Below are positions 44,329-54,883 of a stretch of DNA of 59,276 nucleotides, piece by piece. Below the pieces are notes generated by a model. That model did no database searches. It was not told the DNA's origin and worked only from the letters and a program-made list of their open reading frames with translations. The position numbers and the translations under genes were made by a program. The first letter of the stretch is position 1. Every line of letters starts with the position of its first letter. Origin of the DNA: a virus (lineage: Duplodnaviria; Caudoviricetes); the IMG/VR virus record IMGVR_UViG_3300030118_002680, positions 1 through 59,276 of that record, one strand, 5' to 3'.

Positions 44329-46764
44329 CTATCTAGGGTCAAATTCTGCCAAGTCGAATCCGTCTAGACTGTCCTCATTTGATTCAAAATTTTGAGGTGG
44401 TAAATTATTTTTACGTTGAGCAATCATTTTAGATTGTTCTGTATTTTGTTGGCTTATTCTTTTAGACTTAGCTTCTTCTCTTGCTCCTTCTCTAAAAGCC
44501 AACGCTTGTTCTGATATACCACGAAGCTTTTGATTATAATTAAACTCTTCTTCCATTAGTTTACTTTTCAATGCAGCTTCATTGTTCATCTTCTCTATTT
44601 CAAATGCTATCTCTGCCTGCTTCAATTGCATCTTGCCCTGTATCTCTTGTTGTGATTTTTGCATTGCCATTTGAGCAGCCATCTGTTGTGATTGCATTTG
44701 AGCTTGAGCTTGAGCTTGTTGCTGTTGCATTTTCATCTTCTGTTCTTCTTCAGCCTTTTGCTTACGCTTTAGCTTGAGTAATTGATTAGCAAGTTTTAAA
44801 TTTTTAAGCTCTCTAATATCAATTGCATCTTCTAAATTTATATCCTGTTTAGATAAAGCCATTTGAATGTTTTGCTCTAACTGTTGTCTTTGCTCTTCAT
44901 CCGGTGCTACCTCAATAAAGATTCCAAAGTCATATATATATAAGTCAGAAATATCATTTAAGATACTCACATTGTATTTACCGATTTTATTTATGAAATC
45001 ATCTTTAAAATCTGCATACTCTAAAATGTCAGCTACTCTATAAGTCAGAGCTTCAGATAAACTTCTATATATATATAACGCACCATCTAATATATGACGA
45101 GTGGCTACATTAGAATTTAAGGCTGCAAGTTTTTGTAGACCAACTAAAGAGTTAGGGTCAGGTACACTTGCATCTCTTGCTTCATTCAATCCTGTAACAT
45201 CTCTTAACATTTGAAGATAATGGTTGTAATTAGCAATCAGCATTTGAGCTTTCGATGCTCCTGAACTAGAAGCTATTTCTTTGATTGGAACTCTAGCTTG
45301 ATTAAAGTCACCATCTTGAGTGTAGCTTCTTCCAATAACCGAACCTGTTTGGAAAAACATTCTTAATGCGTCCTCAGGATTATATGCTTGACCTGTCCCT
45401 AAATCAACTTCATTCAATCCATCTGCATCAATAAATACTCCATCAGGAACTGTTCGTGCAATTACTTGTTGAAGTTTTAAATGAGTCACTTGGATTAAAT
45501 CAGCAAATGGAATCATTCTTCTAACTAAAGATTCAACAACACCTTTATACATTCTAGGTGCAACTGCTACATAATTAGGTAGAGCATGTTGTGATGAAGA
45601 CTTAGGTCTAACCATGTTCTCAGCCATCTGCCACTTCAATAAAATGTTGGTACCCATAACCATTATTCCGTCATACCATACGTCAATAGTTTTCTCTATC
45701 TTTTCAAAGTTAGCTTCTTCCATTACTTCTACGGGTGGATTAAATTGGTCATCTTTCTCAATAACCTTATTACCACCTGTAGCTAATATTTTTTTCTTGT
45801 ATACTATTTTTTTAGTTGTCTTGTAGTTAAAATAAAGCAATGTACATGTGTCTTTATAGAACATGTCATTCTCATAATATTGTGCTACATTATAATAATC
45901 ATACCAATTTTGACTATACTTACTTATAGTATCTAAATCCTCATTCGTTAGTGAAGGGTCAATTTTTATTAGCTCTACAATAGGAAGTGTTTTTACTTCT
46001 CCCCAATAGAAACAATCTTTAAAATGTGGGTCTTCAGTATAGCTGTATACAATATTAGCAGGGTCAACATAACTTACTTCTACTCCTGACCCCGGAAGGA
46101 ATTGATGTTTGCTTACTGCAATACCTAAAACAGTTAAATCATAATCTAATCTTTTTCTTAAATCAATGTAATGGTTTTCCTCGAAGATAGTATTGATAGC
46201 TTCTTCTTCAGCTATCTCAATTGCAGGTTTATAGTTAAGCTCCATATATAATGAAAGCTCCTCATCCGATTGAGGTAATTGTTCAGGTGAAACCATGAAT
46301 GGGTCAAACCCTGTATTCTGCTGTAAGTTTAGTAGAAAATCTTTTGATACCATCTGAGCTTCTACCATATCCTGATACTTGCTCCTCTTTGATTGTGACA
46401 TAGCATCTTGTGCATATGCCTTTACCTTAAATAATCGGTCAGACATTCCGTTAACAACTATATCTACAAACTTAGGAATGATAGGTACCGGTGTCCAATC
46501 TAAATTTAGATAACTTAAATCTCCATCGATAGCGAGTTCATTCTTATATTTTGCTACAGATTGCTCTCCTCTTGCGTATAAGCGAAGCCTATGGAATTGT
46601 CGGAATTGGTCATAGAATCTACAACTAACTCCGTCCCTACGGAACCATTCATACTGTATAGCTTGTCCTATCTGTAAGCCATACTCCTGAGTTTCTTTTT
46701 CTGCGTCAGATACAAATTGACTTGGGAAAGCTGCTTCGGTTATGTTTACTTGTACATCTTTCAT
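44329..46764 (-). CDS. Portal protein
   Basis: 811 aa directly after terL; PIIPKFVD.V, TG.N..R, Gln-rich C-terminal coiled coil. Confidence 0.85.
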   Translation of the reverse strand: MKDVQVNITEAAFPSQFVSDAEKETQEYGLQIGQAIQYEWFRRDGVSCRFYDQFRQFHRLRLYARGEQSVAKYKNELAIDGDLSYLNLDWTPVPIIPKFVDIVVNGMSDRLFKVKAYAQDAMSQSKRSKYQDMVEAQMVSKDFLLNLQQNTGFDPFMVSPEQLPQSDEELSLYMELNYKPAIEIAEEEAINTIFEENHYIDLRKRLDYDLTVLGIAVSKHQFLPGSGVEVSYVDPANIVYSYTEDPHFKDCFYWGEVKTLPIVELIKIDPSLTNEDLDTISKYSQNWYDYYNVAQYYENDMFYKDTCTLLYFNYKTTKKIVYKKKILATGGNKVIEKDDQFNPPVEVMEEANFEKIEKTIDVWYDGIMVMGTNILLKWQMAENMVRPKSSSQHALPNYVAVAPRMYKGVVESLVRRMIPFADLIQVTHLKLQQVIARTVPDGVFIDADGLNEVDLGTGQAYNPEDALRMFFQTGSVIGRSYTQDGDFNQARVPIKEIASSSGASKAQMLIANYNHYLQMLRDVTGLNEARDASVPDPNSLVGLQKLAALNSNVATRHILDGALYIYRSLSEALTYRVADILEYADFKDDFINKIGKYNVSILNDISDLYIYDFGIFIEVAPDEEQRQQLEQNIQMALSKQDINLEDAIDIRELKNLKLANQLLKLKRKQKAEEEQKMKMQQQQAQAQAQMQSQQMAAQMAMQKSQQEIQGKMQLKQAEIAFEIEKMNNEAALKSKLMEEEFNYNQKLRGISEQALAFREGAREEAKSKRISQQNTEQSKMIAQRKNNLPPQNFESNEDSLDGFDLAEFDPR

Positions 46765-48983
46765 CTAATTATTTCGCTTTGTATGCCTGTATTAGTATAC
46801 CTTGCAAAGTTAAGTTTTATTTTTGAATTTTTTCTTTCAGCCACATATAAGTGCTTCTGACAAGCCATTATAGCTAAACCTGAGCTAATACTAGCATCAT
46901 ACTTGGTTCTGTTGTTTATATCAAACTTTGCCCAATCTAATAATGTTCTGTTAAAAGGCATAGAACCCATGTCTTCATCAGGTCTAAATATTCCTTCAAA
47001 ATCAATTCCGATATATTTTTCAATGTAAGATTCTATAGCTGCAGCATGTGCTTGTTTTACTTCTTCGCTTGTGTTAGGAATACCACCTAGCTCCCTTTCT
47101 GTTTTTGATAATTTATTAAAATGCTTGTCAGGTCTATTCATACAATACTTTCTATATCCTCTATTTTTAAAATGATACAACAACCTTGGTTTATTATTCT
47201 CTACTAAGATTGGCATGCCATAAAAAACACAAGCCATCAATACATCTTCAAAAAACATTTCGGCAGTTTGTGGTCTTGCAATATACTCTAAAAAAAACTC
47301 ATTGCTTGGTGCGTCATCCATGTTAAACTTTGTCAGACCATGCAAGGCTCCATTAGAACCTCCTCCTCCAACTACTCCACTTATATCATAGGAGTCACAA
47401 CCAAAAGCTCCAAGATGTTCATTGCCGGGAATCTTTAATCCGTTTCTTTCATGAGCATGGTTTTGTATATTGGCTGACGGCAACCATGATATATTAAACC
47501 TACCTTTTTTGTCCGGCACCCATACTACTTTAGAATCTTTAACTCCATCTTTCCAAATAAATTTTCCACGAGTTATATGATGCTCTGTAATCATTGAGTC
47601 ATTGTAATCTATTTGTTGATATAGTTTGCTTAAATTAAAAATAGAAGAAACACTTTCATCTCTAAAAGCGTGAGAAGTTGTTCTTGGAAACTGCCTGTAA
47701 AATTCATTTAAGTTGTCAGGGTCTGACTTCAAAGATTCTACTTCTCCTTTCCAATACTCAATTGAGCTTGTATAGATTGGCTGTCCATCCACTCCTTCTT
47801 GTTCTACCTTAGGCACCTCCAACACAGGCATTCCATATCTATCTATAAAACCTTCCATGTTCCACTCCATGGGAATAAACAAACTATACAATCCACTTTT
47901 AGTTTGTCCATTAGCATTTCTTTGTAAGGCAGATGAATCGTCATAAAGTTTTTTAAAATTATTCCCACCCTTCTCCAATGCGTTTGATGTACTACCCATC
48001 ATACATTTCCCTATAATTTTGCTACCTAGTCTTAAGCAAGTTTTAGTTACATTCCAATTGTTTAATATATTATTTGGCTTCACCCATTTACCACTTTCAT
48101 CATGAACTAATAATAAAAGCTTTTCTCCATCATAAGAGTTATCGTCTGTGTTTTTCCAATCAATAGTGGTATCTAATCCTTGCATGTCATCTTCAAAAAC
48201 TTCATGCATATTCTTTTTTGTAATCTTAGATGCAGGAACTCTATACGCTAATTCGGATTTAGGTTTGTCCATTCCGTCTTGAATAGGTTTGAAAAAGAAT
48301 GGCAGACGGTTAGAGATTGGAACAACTTTGTCTGTAAACATTTTTTTAGCATCGGCTCCTGTCTTTGAGAGTATACCTATTCTAGAATCTTTAGCTAATG
48401 TTGCTGTATTCACACATTCAGAAGAGCCCATGAATGAAAATCCTGAACGTCTAATTTTTAAATATATCATTCCGTAACTTCTTGAGTCAGCTTTACAAGC
48501 TTCCCAAAAAATAAAAAAAGCTCTGTTAGCTTCTCTAAAGTCAGGATAACCGACATCTATTTTGGTCCATTGCAAATACATATAATGAGAACCGGTTATA
48601 TAAGTTGGAACTCCACGGCTCATAAACCAATAACCTTGTTCTCTATAATCAAACTCTTGCTCTATGTAATCAACATATTTATCTTTGAATGAGTTAGGCA
48701 TTTCATTCCATTGAAATATAGATTTAATTCTAGACAAGTTTTTAGGCAGCTCTTTTCTTTCCCAATACTGCTTTAACTTGCTTTCATGTCTTTTGTAAAC
48801 TTCTTTGGGAGCTTTAGGTAAACCTATTTTTAAATTAGAAATTTCTACTATCTTTCCTAGTTGTCCACTTTTAGATATAATAATTAAATCATATTTTTTA
48901 TTATAACCATACAACCAACTTCTTGCTCTATTCTTATTAGAGACAACATTTTGTGGTATATAATTTTTTATTTCTTTTATCAT
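46761..48983 (-). CDS. terL: Terminase large subunit
   Basis: K.RRSGFS (Walker A variant), LLVHDESGK (Walker B), GSTS, nuclease FGCDSYD, ENNK, D...SSG. Confidence 0.9.
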   Translation of the reverse strand: MIKEIKNYIPQNVVSNKNRARSWLYGYNKKYDLIIISKSGQLGKIVEISNLKIGLPKAPKEVYKRHESKLKQYWERKELPKNLSRIKSIFQWNEMPNSFKDKYVDYIEQEFDYREQGYWFMSRGVPTYITGSHYMYLQWTKIDVGYPDFREANRAFFIFWEACKADSRSYGMIYLKIRRSGFSFMGSSECVNTATLAKDSRIGILSKTGADAKKMFTDKVVPISNRLPFFFKPIQDGMDKPKSELAYRVPASKITKKNMHEVFEDDMQGLDTTIDWKNTDDNSYDGEKLLLLVHDESGKWVKPNNILNNWNVTKTCLRLGSKIIGKCMMGSTSNALEKGGNNFKKLYDDSSALQRNANGQTKSGLYSLFIPMEWNMEGFIDRYGMPVLEVPKVEQEGVDGQPIYTSSIEYWKGEVESLKSDPDNLNEFYRQFPRTTSHAFRDESVSSIFNLSKLYQQIDYNDSMITEHHITRGKFIWKDGVKDSKVVWVPDKKGRFNISWLPSANIQNHAHERNGLKIPGNEHLGAFGCDSYDISGVVGGGGSNGALHGLTKFNMDDAPSNEFFLEYIARPQTAEMFFEDVLMACVFYGMPILVENNKPRLLYHFKNRGYRKYCMNRPDKHFNKLSKTERELGGIPNTSEEVKQAHAAAIESYIEKYIGIDFEGIFRPDEDMGSMPFNRTLLDWAKFDINNRTKYDASISSGLAIMACQKHLYVAERKNSKIKLNFARYTNTGIQSEIIR

Positions 48984-49252
48984 TTAGAACGACTTTCAGC
49001 GAAACCTTGTTTAGTTCTTGGTTTACCCTCACCCATTTCTATTGCCTCTTTTTCTGCTTCTATTCTTGTAAGAATTTCAAAAGCATCAAAGATAGCTAGC
49101 TTTTTAGTTGCTGCAGCATTCTTTAATCTATCAGCAGCCAAGTCATCATCAGTATCTAATTTAATAATATCTTCTTTAGCTACTTTGACTAGTTGCTCTA
49201 CTGCTCTATATCCTGCTTGTATAATTTTTAATTTAGTCTCTTTTAGATTCAT
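48980..49252 (-). CDS. Putative terminase small subunit
   Basis: Small helical protein immediately upstream of terL with ATGA overlap. Confidence 0.45.
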   Translation of the reverse strand: MNLKETKLKIIQAGYRAVEQLVKVAKEDIIKLDTDDDLAADRLKNAAATKKLAIFDAFEILTRIEAEKEAIEMGEGKPRTKQGFAESRSK

Positions 49253-49808
49253 ATGCTATTATATTTTTAGAACGAATTCGATATAGTATTCTATCATCTA
49301 ATCTAAACTCATATTCTGAATCCGGCATGAAAGTAACCACATCACCTTTTTTAATTCCATGTTTATCTATTGAAGGACAAGTATACTCCATTACACCCAT
49401 CAAAGGTTCGTTAGTTATATTCTTATATATATAGGTGTCTATTTTGGGAAGAGGTGATACAAAACAAAAAGGTTCGATGGCTATCCATTGATGTACTTTT
49501 TTGTACATATAATATTGATTCTCGTCTACAAAAAACTGATTGTCACGAAAAAAACTTTTACCACTTTGTCTTCTTCCGTGCATGTCATTAAAAAATTTAA
49601 AAACATTATGGTGAACTAAAATGCTGTCACCTTCTTCAATAGGTCCTTTGTAATTAATTGGTGTAGATAAAACAACAGCTTCACGATTTGAGAAAGAATA
49701 TGATTCTTCTGAAACATCTAATATGACTTGAGTCCCATCAATATCTTTTATATTGTCATACCTTCTGTCATTTTTAGGAATAACTATAAATTGATTTGGT
49801 GACTTCAT
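49233..49808 (-). CDS. Divergent tandem GroES-like protein
   Basis: Two repeats of a GroES-like pattern (AVVLSTP...IEEGDSILV; GVMEY...IKKGDVVTF...EFRLDDRILYRIRSKNII). Confidence 0.45.
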   Translation of the reverse strand: MKSPNQFIVIPKNDRRYDNIKDIDGTQVILDVSEESYSFSNREAVVLSTPINYKGPIEEGDSILVHHNVFKFFNDMHGRRQSGKSFFRDNQFFVDENQYYMYKKVHQWIAIEPFCFVSPLPKIDTYIYKNITNEPLMGVMEYTCPSIDKHGIKKGDVVTFMPDSEYEFRLDDRILYRIRSKNIIAYESKRD

Positions 49809-49822
49809 TTTGTTTCATTTGA

Positions 49823-50053
49823 TTAAAAGTGTATATTAAATTCTAAAGATATAGGCATTGTGCCATTGAACTGTTTCCATAATAAAATTTCTTTCTCATC
49901 GCTATCTTCTATATAGATTTGATAAGCATCTTGCTCAATACTATATTTAATTAAGTGAATAGTGTGTCTGCCATTAAGAACGGATTGTCCTACTAAATAG
50001 TGCATACCTCCTGATTTGTAATCAGGACCGATAGAAATTTTTCTTATTTCCAT
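49823..50053 (-). CDS. Phage hypothetical protein
   Basis: IRKISIG.DYK...MHY.VGQ. Confidence 0.7.
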   Translation of the reverse strand: MEIRKISIGPDYKSGGMHYLVGQSVLNGRHTIHLIKYSIEQDAYQIYIEDSDEKEILLWKQFNGTMPISLEFNIHF

Positions 50054-50063
50054 TTAATTAAAA

Positions 50064-51797
50064 TTATTTTCCTGCTTTGCAAGCGTCAAGCTCTTCCTTG
50101 AGTTCTTGTATAGCTTTGACTAACACAGGTATAAGTGCTGCGCTACCAACTTCCCAAGCATCAGGATTATTTTTGTTTACTAATGATGGCAATATTTCTT
50201 CTGCTTCCCAATCTTGTACTACTTCGTCAATTTCTTGTGCCACAAAACCTGAACCTTTTTTACCCTGCATTGTACCATCTCTTCTGTCCCAATCCCATGA
50301 TACAGGGTCTAAGTCCATGATAAATTGTAAACCACAAGATAACTCTTCAATATTATCTTTATCTCTTACATCAGATAGACCTGAAATAACAGGAGTGTTA
50401 CATCTTAAAGTGGTAACTGCATTATCTCCTAATACTATTTCATCACTTCCTTGTGGTTGAGAGTTGTGACCCAAAGCAGTTGTGTTACTAAATCCTACTA
50501 CAGTAGAACCTGCTGCCTTACCAATAGCTGTATTATTAGTTGCAGTTTGCATTTGCTGTAACGCATCATTACCTACAGCTACATTAAAGTCCCCACCTGT
50601 TTGACTCTGTAAAGCGTTTACTCCAAGTGCTGTATTATAAAAACCTAGGTTACCACTTACATTAGCGTTTTGTCCAATTCCTATATTACCTACACCGGCT
50701 GCTTCTAATCCTGCGTCTGAGCCTATATATATATTATGTTCATATGCCTGAACATTAGTACTTGCACCATTACCACCTGCTCTATAACCAATTAATATAT
50801 TATCATTAACTGATTGTTGGTTAGGATTAGTAAGACCTAAATTTAGTCCTGCTCTTGTTCCAAGGAAAGTATTTTTTTCATTTACTTCGTTATTGGATGA
50901 GCCTTGATTTACATTTGCTGCAGTAAATGCTCCAATAAAAGTATTTGAAGTATTGAATTCATCTCCACATCTAATTGCTGCTGAATGACCAATAATAACA
51001 TTTTCATCTGCTGTTGTAGTCCCGGGTCCGGTCCAATTCATATCTCTTGCTGCTTCAGAACCTATAATAACATTTTGAGTTGCTGAATCAACTTGTTGAA
51101 GGGTTGCTCTACCTATCACTATGTTTTCTTCTGCCTCATCCATACCTGCTGCAAGGTCTCCTATAACAATATTGTCTTTACAAGTTGTTAAGTTATCTGA
51201 TAAGGAAGAGCTACCAATACAAATATTGCCGGTTGCATCACCGTTAGTATTATTTAAACTTCCTCTACCAATAATGATACAACCATCTACAGCGTTTGCA
51301 TTTGTACCTAAGTCTGTACCAAACAAGTGTGATGCATTAATACTAGTTGCATTCCTAGCTAGAATCTTACCCACCATAATGCTACTATTATTACTAGCAC
51401 CACCTAGGTCGTTGATTTCTTGACCTATCAATATGGAATTTGTATATGCAGTACCTATCTTCGAACCAATGTCAATTGACCCACCATCATTTATGGAAGT
51501 TGCTGTTAAAGACATCGTCCCATCAATAACCACGGTATCTTGTCCAACCGAACCTAGTCCACCTGAAATATAAGATAACTTATCTGTATCTACACCCACA
51601 TTAGTAGCATCTCCATAAAGTAGCTTTGTAGCTGTAATTGTTGGAGGTGACTGAGGGGGTGGAGGAGGAACTAAATCGATTATACTTTGAACAGTAATAT
51701 TCTTTGTAGCATCCGGTGGATTACCGTTAACTTGGGTAATAATAATTTTGTCTCCACCTACGGGATTTACTACGGGATATTGTTCAATTTTACTCAT
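50064..51797 (-). CDS. Tail fibre/spike with C-terminal intramolecular chaperone (peptidase S74)
   Basis: N..IG..A beta-roll repeats; SDVRDKDNI...L.PV.W.W...GFVAQE...LVKAIQEL. Confidence 0.85.
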   Translation of the reverse strand: MSKIEQYPVVNPVGGDKIIITQVNGNPPDATKNITVQSIIDLVPPPPPQSPPTITATKLLYGDATNVGVDTDKLSYISGGLGSVGQDTVVIDGTMSLTATSINDGGSIDIGSKIGTAYTNSILIGQEINDLGGASNNSSIMVGKILARNATSINASHLFGTDLGTNANAVDGCIIIGRGSLNNTNGDATGNICIGSSSLSDNLTTCKDNIVIGDLAAGMDEAEENIVIGRATLQQVDSATQNVIIGSEAARDMNWTGPGTTTADENVIIGHSAAIRCGDEFNTSNTFIGAFTAANVNQGSSNNEVNEKNTFLGTRAGLNLGLTNPNQQSVNDNILIGYRAGGNGASTNVQAYEHNIYIGSDAGLEAAGVGNIGIGQNANVSGNLGFYNTALGVNALQSQTGGDFNVAVGNDALQQMQTATNNTAIGKAAGSTVVGFSNTTALGHNSQPQGSDEIVLGDNAVTTLRCNTPVISGLSDVRDKDNIEELSCGLQFIMDLDPVSWDWDRRDGTMQGKKGSGFVAQEIDEVVQDWEAEEILPSLVNKNNPDAWEVGSAALIPVLVKAIQELKEELDACKAGK

Positions 51798-52032
51798 CGG
51801 TTTTTTGTTTTACGACTCCGGTATGCATATTGATAACAGAATCTTTTCCATATTTTTTAATTAGTTTATCTTCCATCTGAGTGAACTCCTGTTGTAGGGA
51901 AGTTACAGATTCATATAAACTTTTCTTTTGCAGTTCTAAATCGCCTATTGCTAATTTATATTTATCTAATGCAACCTTTGCTTCTTTTAGTTCTGCTAAT
52001 TCTTTTTCTTCTAGTTTTACTTCTTTACTCAT
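51790..52032 (-). CDS. Small coiled-coil protein
   Basis: L..KYG...IN..TG C-terminus; TATCTTTG at 52053-52060 upstream. Confidence 0.65.
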   Translation of the reverse strand: MSKEVKLEEKELAELKEAKVALDKYKLAIGDLELQKKSLYESVTSLQQEFTQMEDKLIKKYGKDSVINMHTGVVKQKTDE

Positions 52033-52060
52033 TTTATTAAATTTAATTTATACAAAGATA

Positions 52061-52462
52061 CTATTTTTTATTTTGTCTAATCTTTTCAAAACTACGTCCA
52101 CCGAAGTATGCAGATATAACTGTAATTAAAGTTAGCTGCAAGAGGTCTGTCCATTTATCTTCTACTTCAAACGTAATCATTCCTGCGTCTATAAATATCA
52201 TAACTACCGTAGATACCACAAGAAACAATAAGACTATCGGTCTTATGTTTTTTGTTAACTTAGATGCAGAATTGTCCGATACCCATCTCTCAGTAATATT
52301 TTTTTCCATGTCAGCTTCATGCTTCATGAAGAGCTGTGTCATTTCTTTTTCAAATGCATCTTTTTCTTCAGGAGTTTTTACAAACTTATCTACTATACCT
52401 GCTAATCCATCAGCTACATTAGTTGCTGCTCCTCCAAATATTTTGCTTAAAATTTCTTTCAT
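52061..52462 (-). CDS. Holin (3TM/GTA-holin-like)
   Basis: RW.SD...L.KNIRP, two TM helices, AYFGGRS.EK; adjacent to the endolysin. Confidence 0.75.
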   Translation of the reverse strand: MKEILSKIFGGAATNVADGLAGIVDKFVKTPEEKDAFEKEMTQLFMKHEADMEKNITERWVSDNSASKLTKNIRPIVLLFLVVSTVVMIFIDAGMITFEVEDKWTDLLQLTLITVISAYFGGRSFEKIRQNKK

Positions 52463-52878
52463 AAGTTTTCGTATTCTTTTGTTGCATCAAAACTAGGACA
52501 AGCTTTGTTGGCAAAATCTCTATGTCCATGAATCTTTGCTTCAGGTTGTAATAATTTTAAAAAGTATAATAGATATTCTAATGCTTCTTTTTGCTTTTCA
52601 GTTCTAGTATCTTTAGGAGTCTTACCGTCTTTCTCTACTCCTCCAACATAACAAACTCCCCATGACTTGCAATTGATTCCTTTTGTGTGAGCTCCACATT
52701 CATTTAACTTTCTTCCCACTTCAATCTTTCCATCCATCAACACAACAAAATGATATCCACACCCTCGCCATCCTCTAGCTTTGTGCCATCTATCTATTAC
52801 TTCTACATTGACCGAGTCATCTCCTTCACGAGTTGCCGAACAATGTACTATTATTTTTTCTACGTTTTCAGTTTTCAT
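52459..52878 (-). CDS. Endolysin, T7-lysozyme-type N-acetylmuramoyl-L-alanine amidase
   Basis: IVHCSAT, GYHF, GAH, CYVGG, GHRD, KACPSF. Confidence 0.93.
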   Translation of the reverse strand: MKTENVEKIIVHCSATREGDDSVNVEVIDRWHKARGWRGCGYHFVVLMDGKIEVGRKLNECGAHTKGINCKSWGVCYVGGVEKDGKTPKDTRTEKQKEALEYLLYFLKLLQPEAKIHGHRDFANKACPSFDATKEYENL

Positions 52879-52997
52879 CTTCCTTGTCCTCTATATGGTT
52901 TTACATATCCCGTTTGTCCACGGCTAGCGTTTTTACTATGTGGATGGGATTTGCGTTTTGGTTTTCTATATGTTACTACGTTAGCTCTTCGTGCCAT
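52875..52997 (-). CDS. Small basic peptide ending in YRGQGR (40 aa)
   Basis: MARRANVVTYRKPKRKSHPHSKNASRGQTGYVKPYRGQGR; coupled to both neighbours. Confidence 0.65.
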   Translation of the reverse strand: MARRANVVTYRKPKRKSHPHSKNASRGQTGYVKPYRGQGR

Positions 52998-54229
52998 TAT
53001 AATCTAAAGTTAATTCCTACAGAACTATTATATAATTTTGAATCCCAAAATTTAGTATACTCTGCTTCAATAAATACACCGAGTTGTCTTGAAAGTTTCC
53101 ATCCAACAATTAATCCTGCCTGATAATCATCCCATTGTTCAGGCTCTGCATCTTGTCTTAATCCCCCAAGACCCCAATTGTTTCTATTAAGATATGAAAA
53201 ATCTTCATTGCCTTGTATGTATTTATGATAAGGAAGAATCCAATTACCATAAGCATGTAACCAAAAGTCTTTTTTATATTCATAAAAATCAAAACCAACT
53301 ACAGGAGCTACTTCACCAAACACATCTAACTCAGCCCACTTCTCCTGATTGAACCTGTTCATCAGCCTACCAAATACCAAGTCTCTAAACTGTACGTCAG
53401 TATGTGCCACTACATCTCCTTGTTCATTTATCCAATACCAATCATATGTTTCATTGCCTAATGCATCTTCTTGTGAATACCATATATCTTGATATCCATA
53501 TTGATATCCTAGACTATACCATGGGTTTACAGGATATCCGTCATCATCTATTTCATTCAACCAAATCTCTATAGGATTATATCCGTATGGACGTTGGTGT
53601 GTTCTATATATAACGCCTGCTGAAAGACTAAACTTTTTTCCAATAGGAAGTCTTGCTCTAACTTCTCCCGACATATATTTGAAACCAACATTACCTTGTT
53701 CTCTTTGCTCAAACTTAACTATATGATAGTTACCTGTATGTCTAACAAAGTATCTTGTATTAGTAAACTCTTGACTTCTTTCTCTTTCCTTTTCATAGTG
53801 AATAAGGTATTCAAAACCTTTTACTGCTGAGGTGGGAGAAGATAGAGCTATGTTGTTTTCTTTTCCATCGTAATAATTTTTTGCTTTTATCTCATAGTCA
53901 AATCTAGCTAGCTTACGAAAACCAACACCTATTCTATAGTCATGAGGATGATAAACTGTATTGTCTATAACTTGAGGTACATCATAAAGATTGTCAGGAT
54001 TAGTTCTTACAAAGTAACTTGGACTCTGTGTTTCGTATGCATTAGATACTTCTCCTGCTACATATACAGTTCCGTACTTTAAAAAGTCTGCGTAAAACTT
54101 TTTAAATATACTTTCTTTTTTTGCTTCTTGTGCTTGTACACTAACAGACAATAAAGCAGCTATCAAAAATATTATTATTACTGCTATTGAGTTTAGCGCA
54201 AACTTCTCGGTAATTTTTTTTCTGTCCAT
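52997..54229 (-). CDS. Putative outer-membrane beta-barrel protein
   Basis: Signal peptide (...VSVQA-QE), alternating aromatic beta-strands, C-terminal YNSSVGINFRL. Confidence 0.6.
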   Translation of the reverse strand: MDRKKITEKFALNSIAVIIIFLIAALLSVSVQAQEAKKESIFKKFYADFLKYGTVYVAGEVSNAYETQSPSYFVRTNPDNLYDVPQVIDNTVYHPHDYRIGVGFRKLARFDYEIKAKNYYDGKENNIALSSPTSAVKGFEYLIHYEKERERSQEFTNTRYFVRHTGNYHIVKFEQREQGNVGFKYMSGEVRARLPIGKKFSLSAGVIYRTHQRPYGYNPIEIWLNEIDDDGYPVNPWYSLGYQYGYQDIWYSQEDALGNETYDWYWINEQGDVVAHTDVQFRDLVFGRLMNRFNQEKWAELDVFGEVAPVVGFDFYEYKKDFWLHAYGNWILPYHKYIQGNEDFSYLNRNNWGLGGLRQDAEPEQWDDYQAGLIVGWKLSRQLGVFIEAEYTKFWDSKLYNSSVGINFRL

Positions 54230-54230
54230 A

Positions 54231-54566
54231 TTAAAACTTGCTTTCAATTATTAAATCAATCTCTTCTTGAATAACGTCTAAAGTATTTTCAGGTAGCTTT
54301 AAAGTTATATCACTCTCTACTCTAACAATTTCTTTGCCGTTATGATACAGTACAACTGTTGGCAGAAAAACTATTTTTTCTTTTTCAAAAACGTCAGGGT
54401 GTTTACCCATAAGCAATAGCTGAGTTTCAGCATCACGAATAGGTTCTAATGAAATAGCGTTTTCAGATAAAAAGGAAGCGTTGAATTGTACGACAGATAT
54501 GCCGTCTTTAAAATCTTGGGAAAGTAAAGCTTGAGAATATAGTAATAAAATTATTAACCATCTCAT
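54231..54566 (-). CDS. Exported thioredoxin-fold protein lacking CxxC
   Basis: Signal peptide; VVQFNASF...I..LPTVVLYHNGKEI.R; no cysteines. Confidence 0.6.
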   Translation of the reverse strand: MRWLIILLLYSQALLSQDFKDGISVVQFNASFLSENAISLEPIRDAETQLLLMGKHPDVFEKEKIVFLPTVVLYHNGKEIVRVESDITLKLPENTLDVIQEEIDLIIESKF

Positions 54567-54883
54567 CTTGATTTCTTGCTCATTTCATAAAGACGCTCAT
54601 CCATCTTCTCAAGGGAGTTCTTGATTTCATTTACGTCTTCTTTTACTGTAGTAACATCAGCATCAATCTTCTCAATGGTGGACCTAATTAATTTATCTTT
54701 ATACTCGAACTCAACCTTTTGAATCTCAGGTTTTGGAAGCTCCATTGCAGTTTGTATTTGAGCTTGTAATGTAAAGTACATTCCTATCAGAGAACTGAAC
54801 CCGATAGCTGCTGCAATGATTTCTTTAATTGATAAACTAAACTTTGTATCTGATGTAAGATTTTCTTCTTTCTTTTGTGTCAT
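54563..54883 (-). CDS. Single-TM coiled-coil membrane protein
   Basis: IIAAAIGFSSLIGMYF followed by heptad repeats. Confidence 0.65.
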   Translation of the reverse strand: MTQKKEENLTSDTKFSLSIKEIIAAAIGFSSLIGMYFTLQAQIQTAMELPKPEIQKVEFEYKDKLIRSTIEKIDADVTTVKEDVNEIKNSLEKMDERLYEMSKKSR

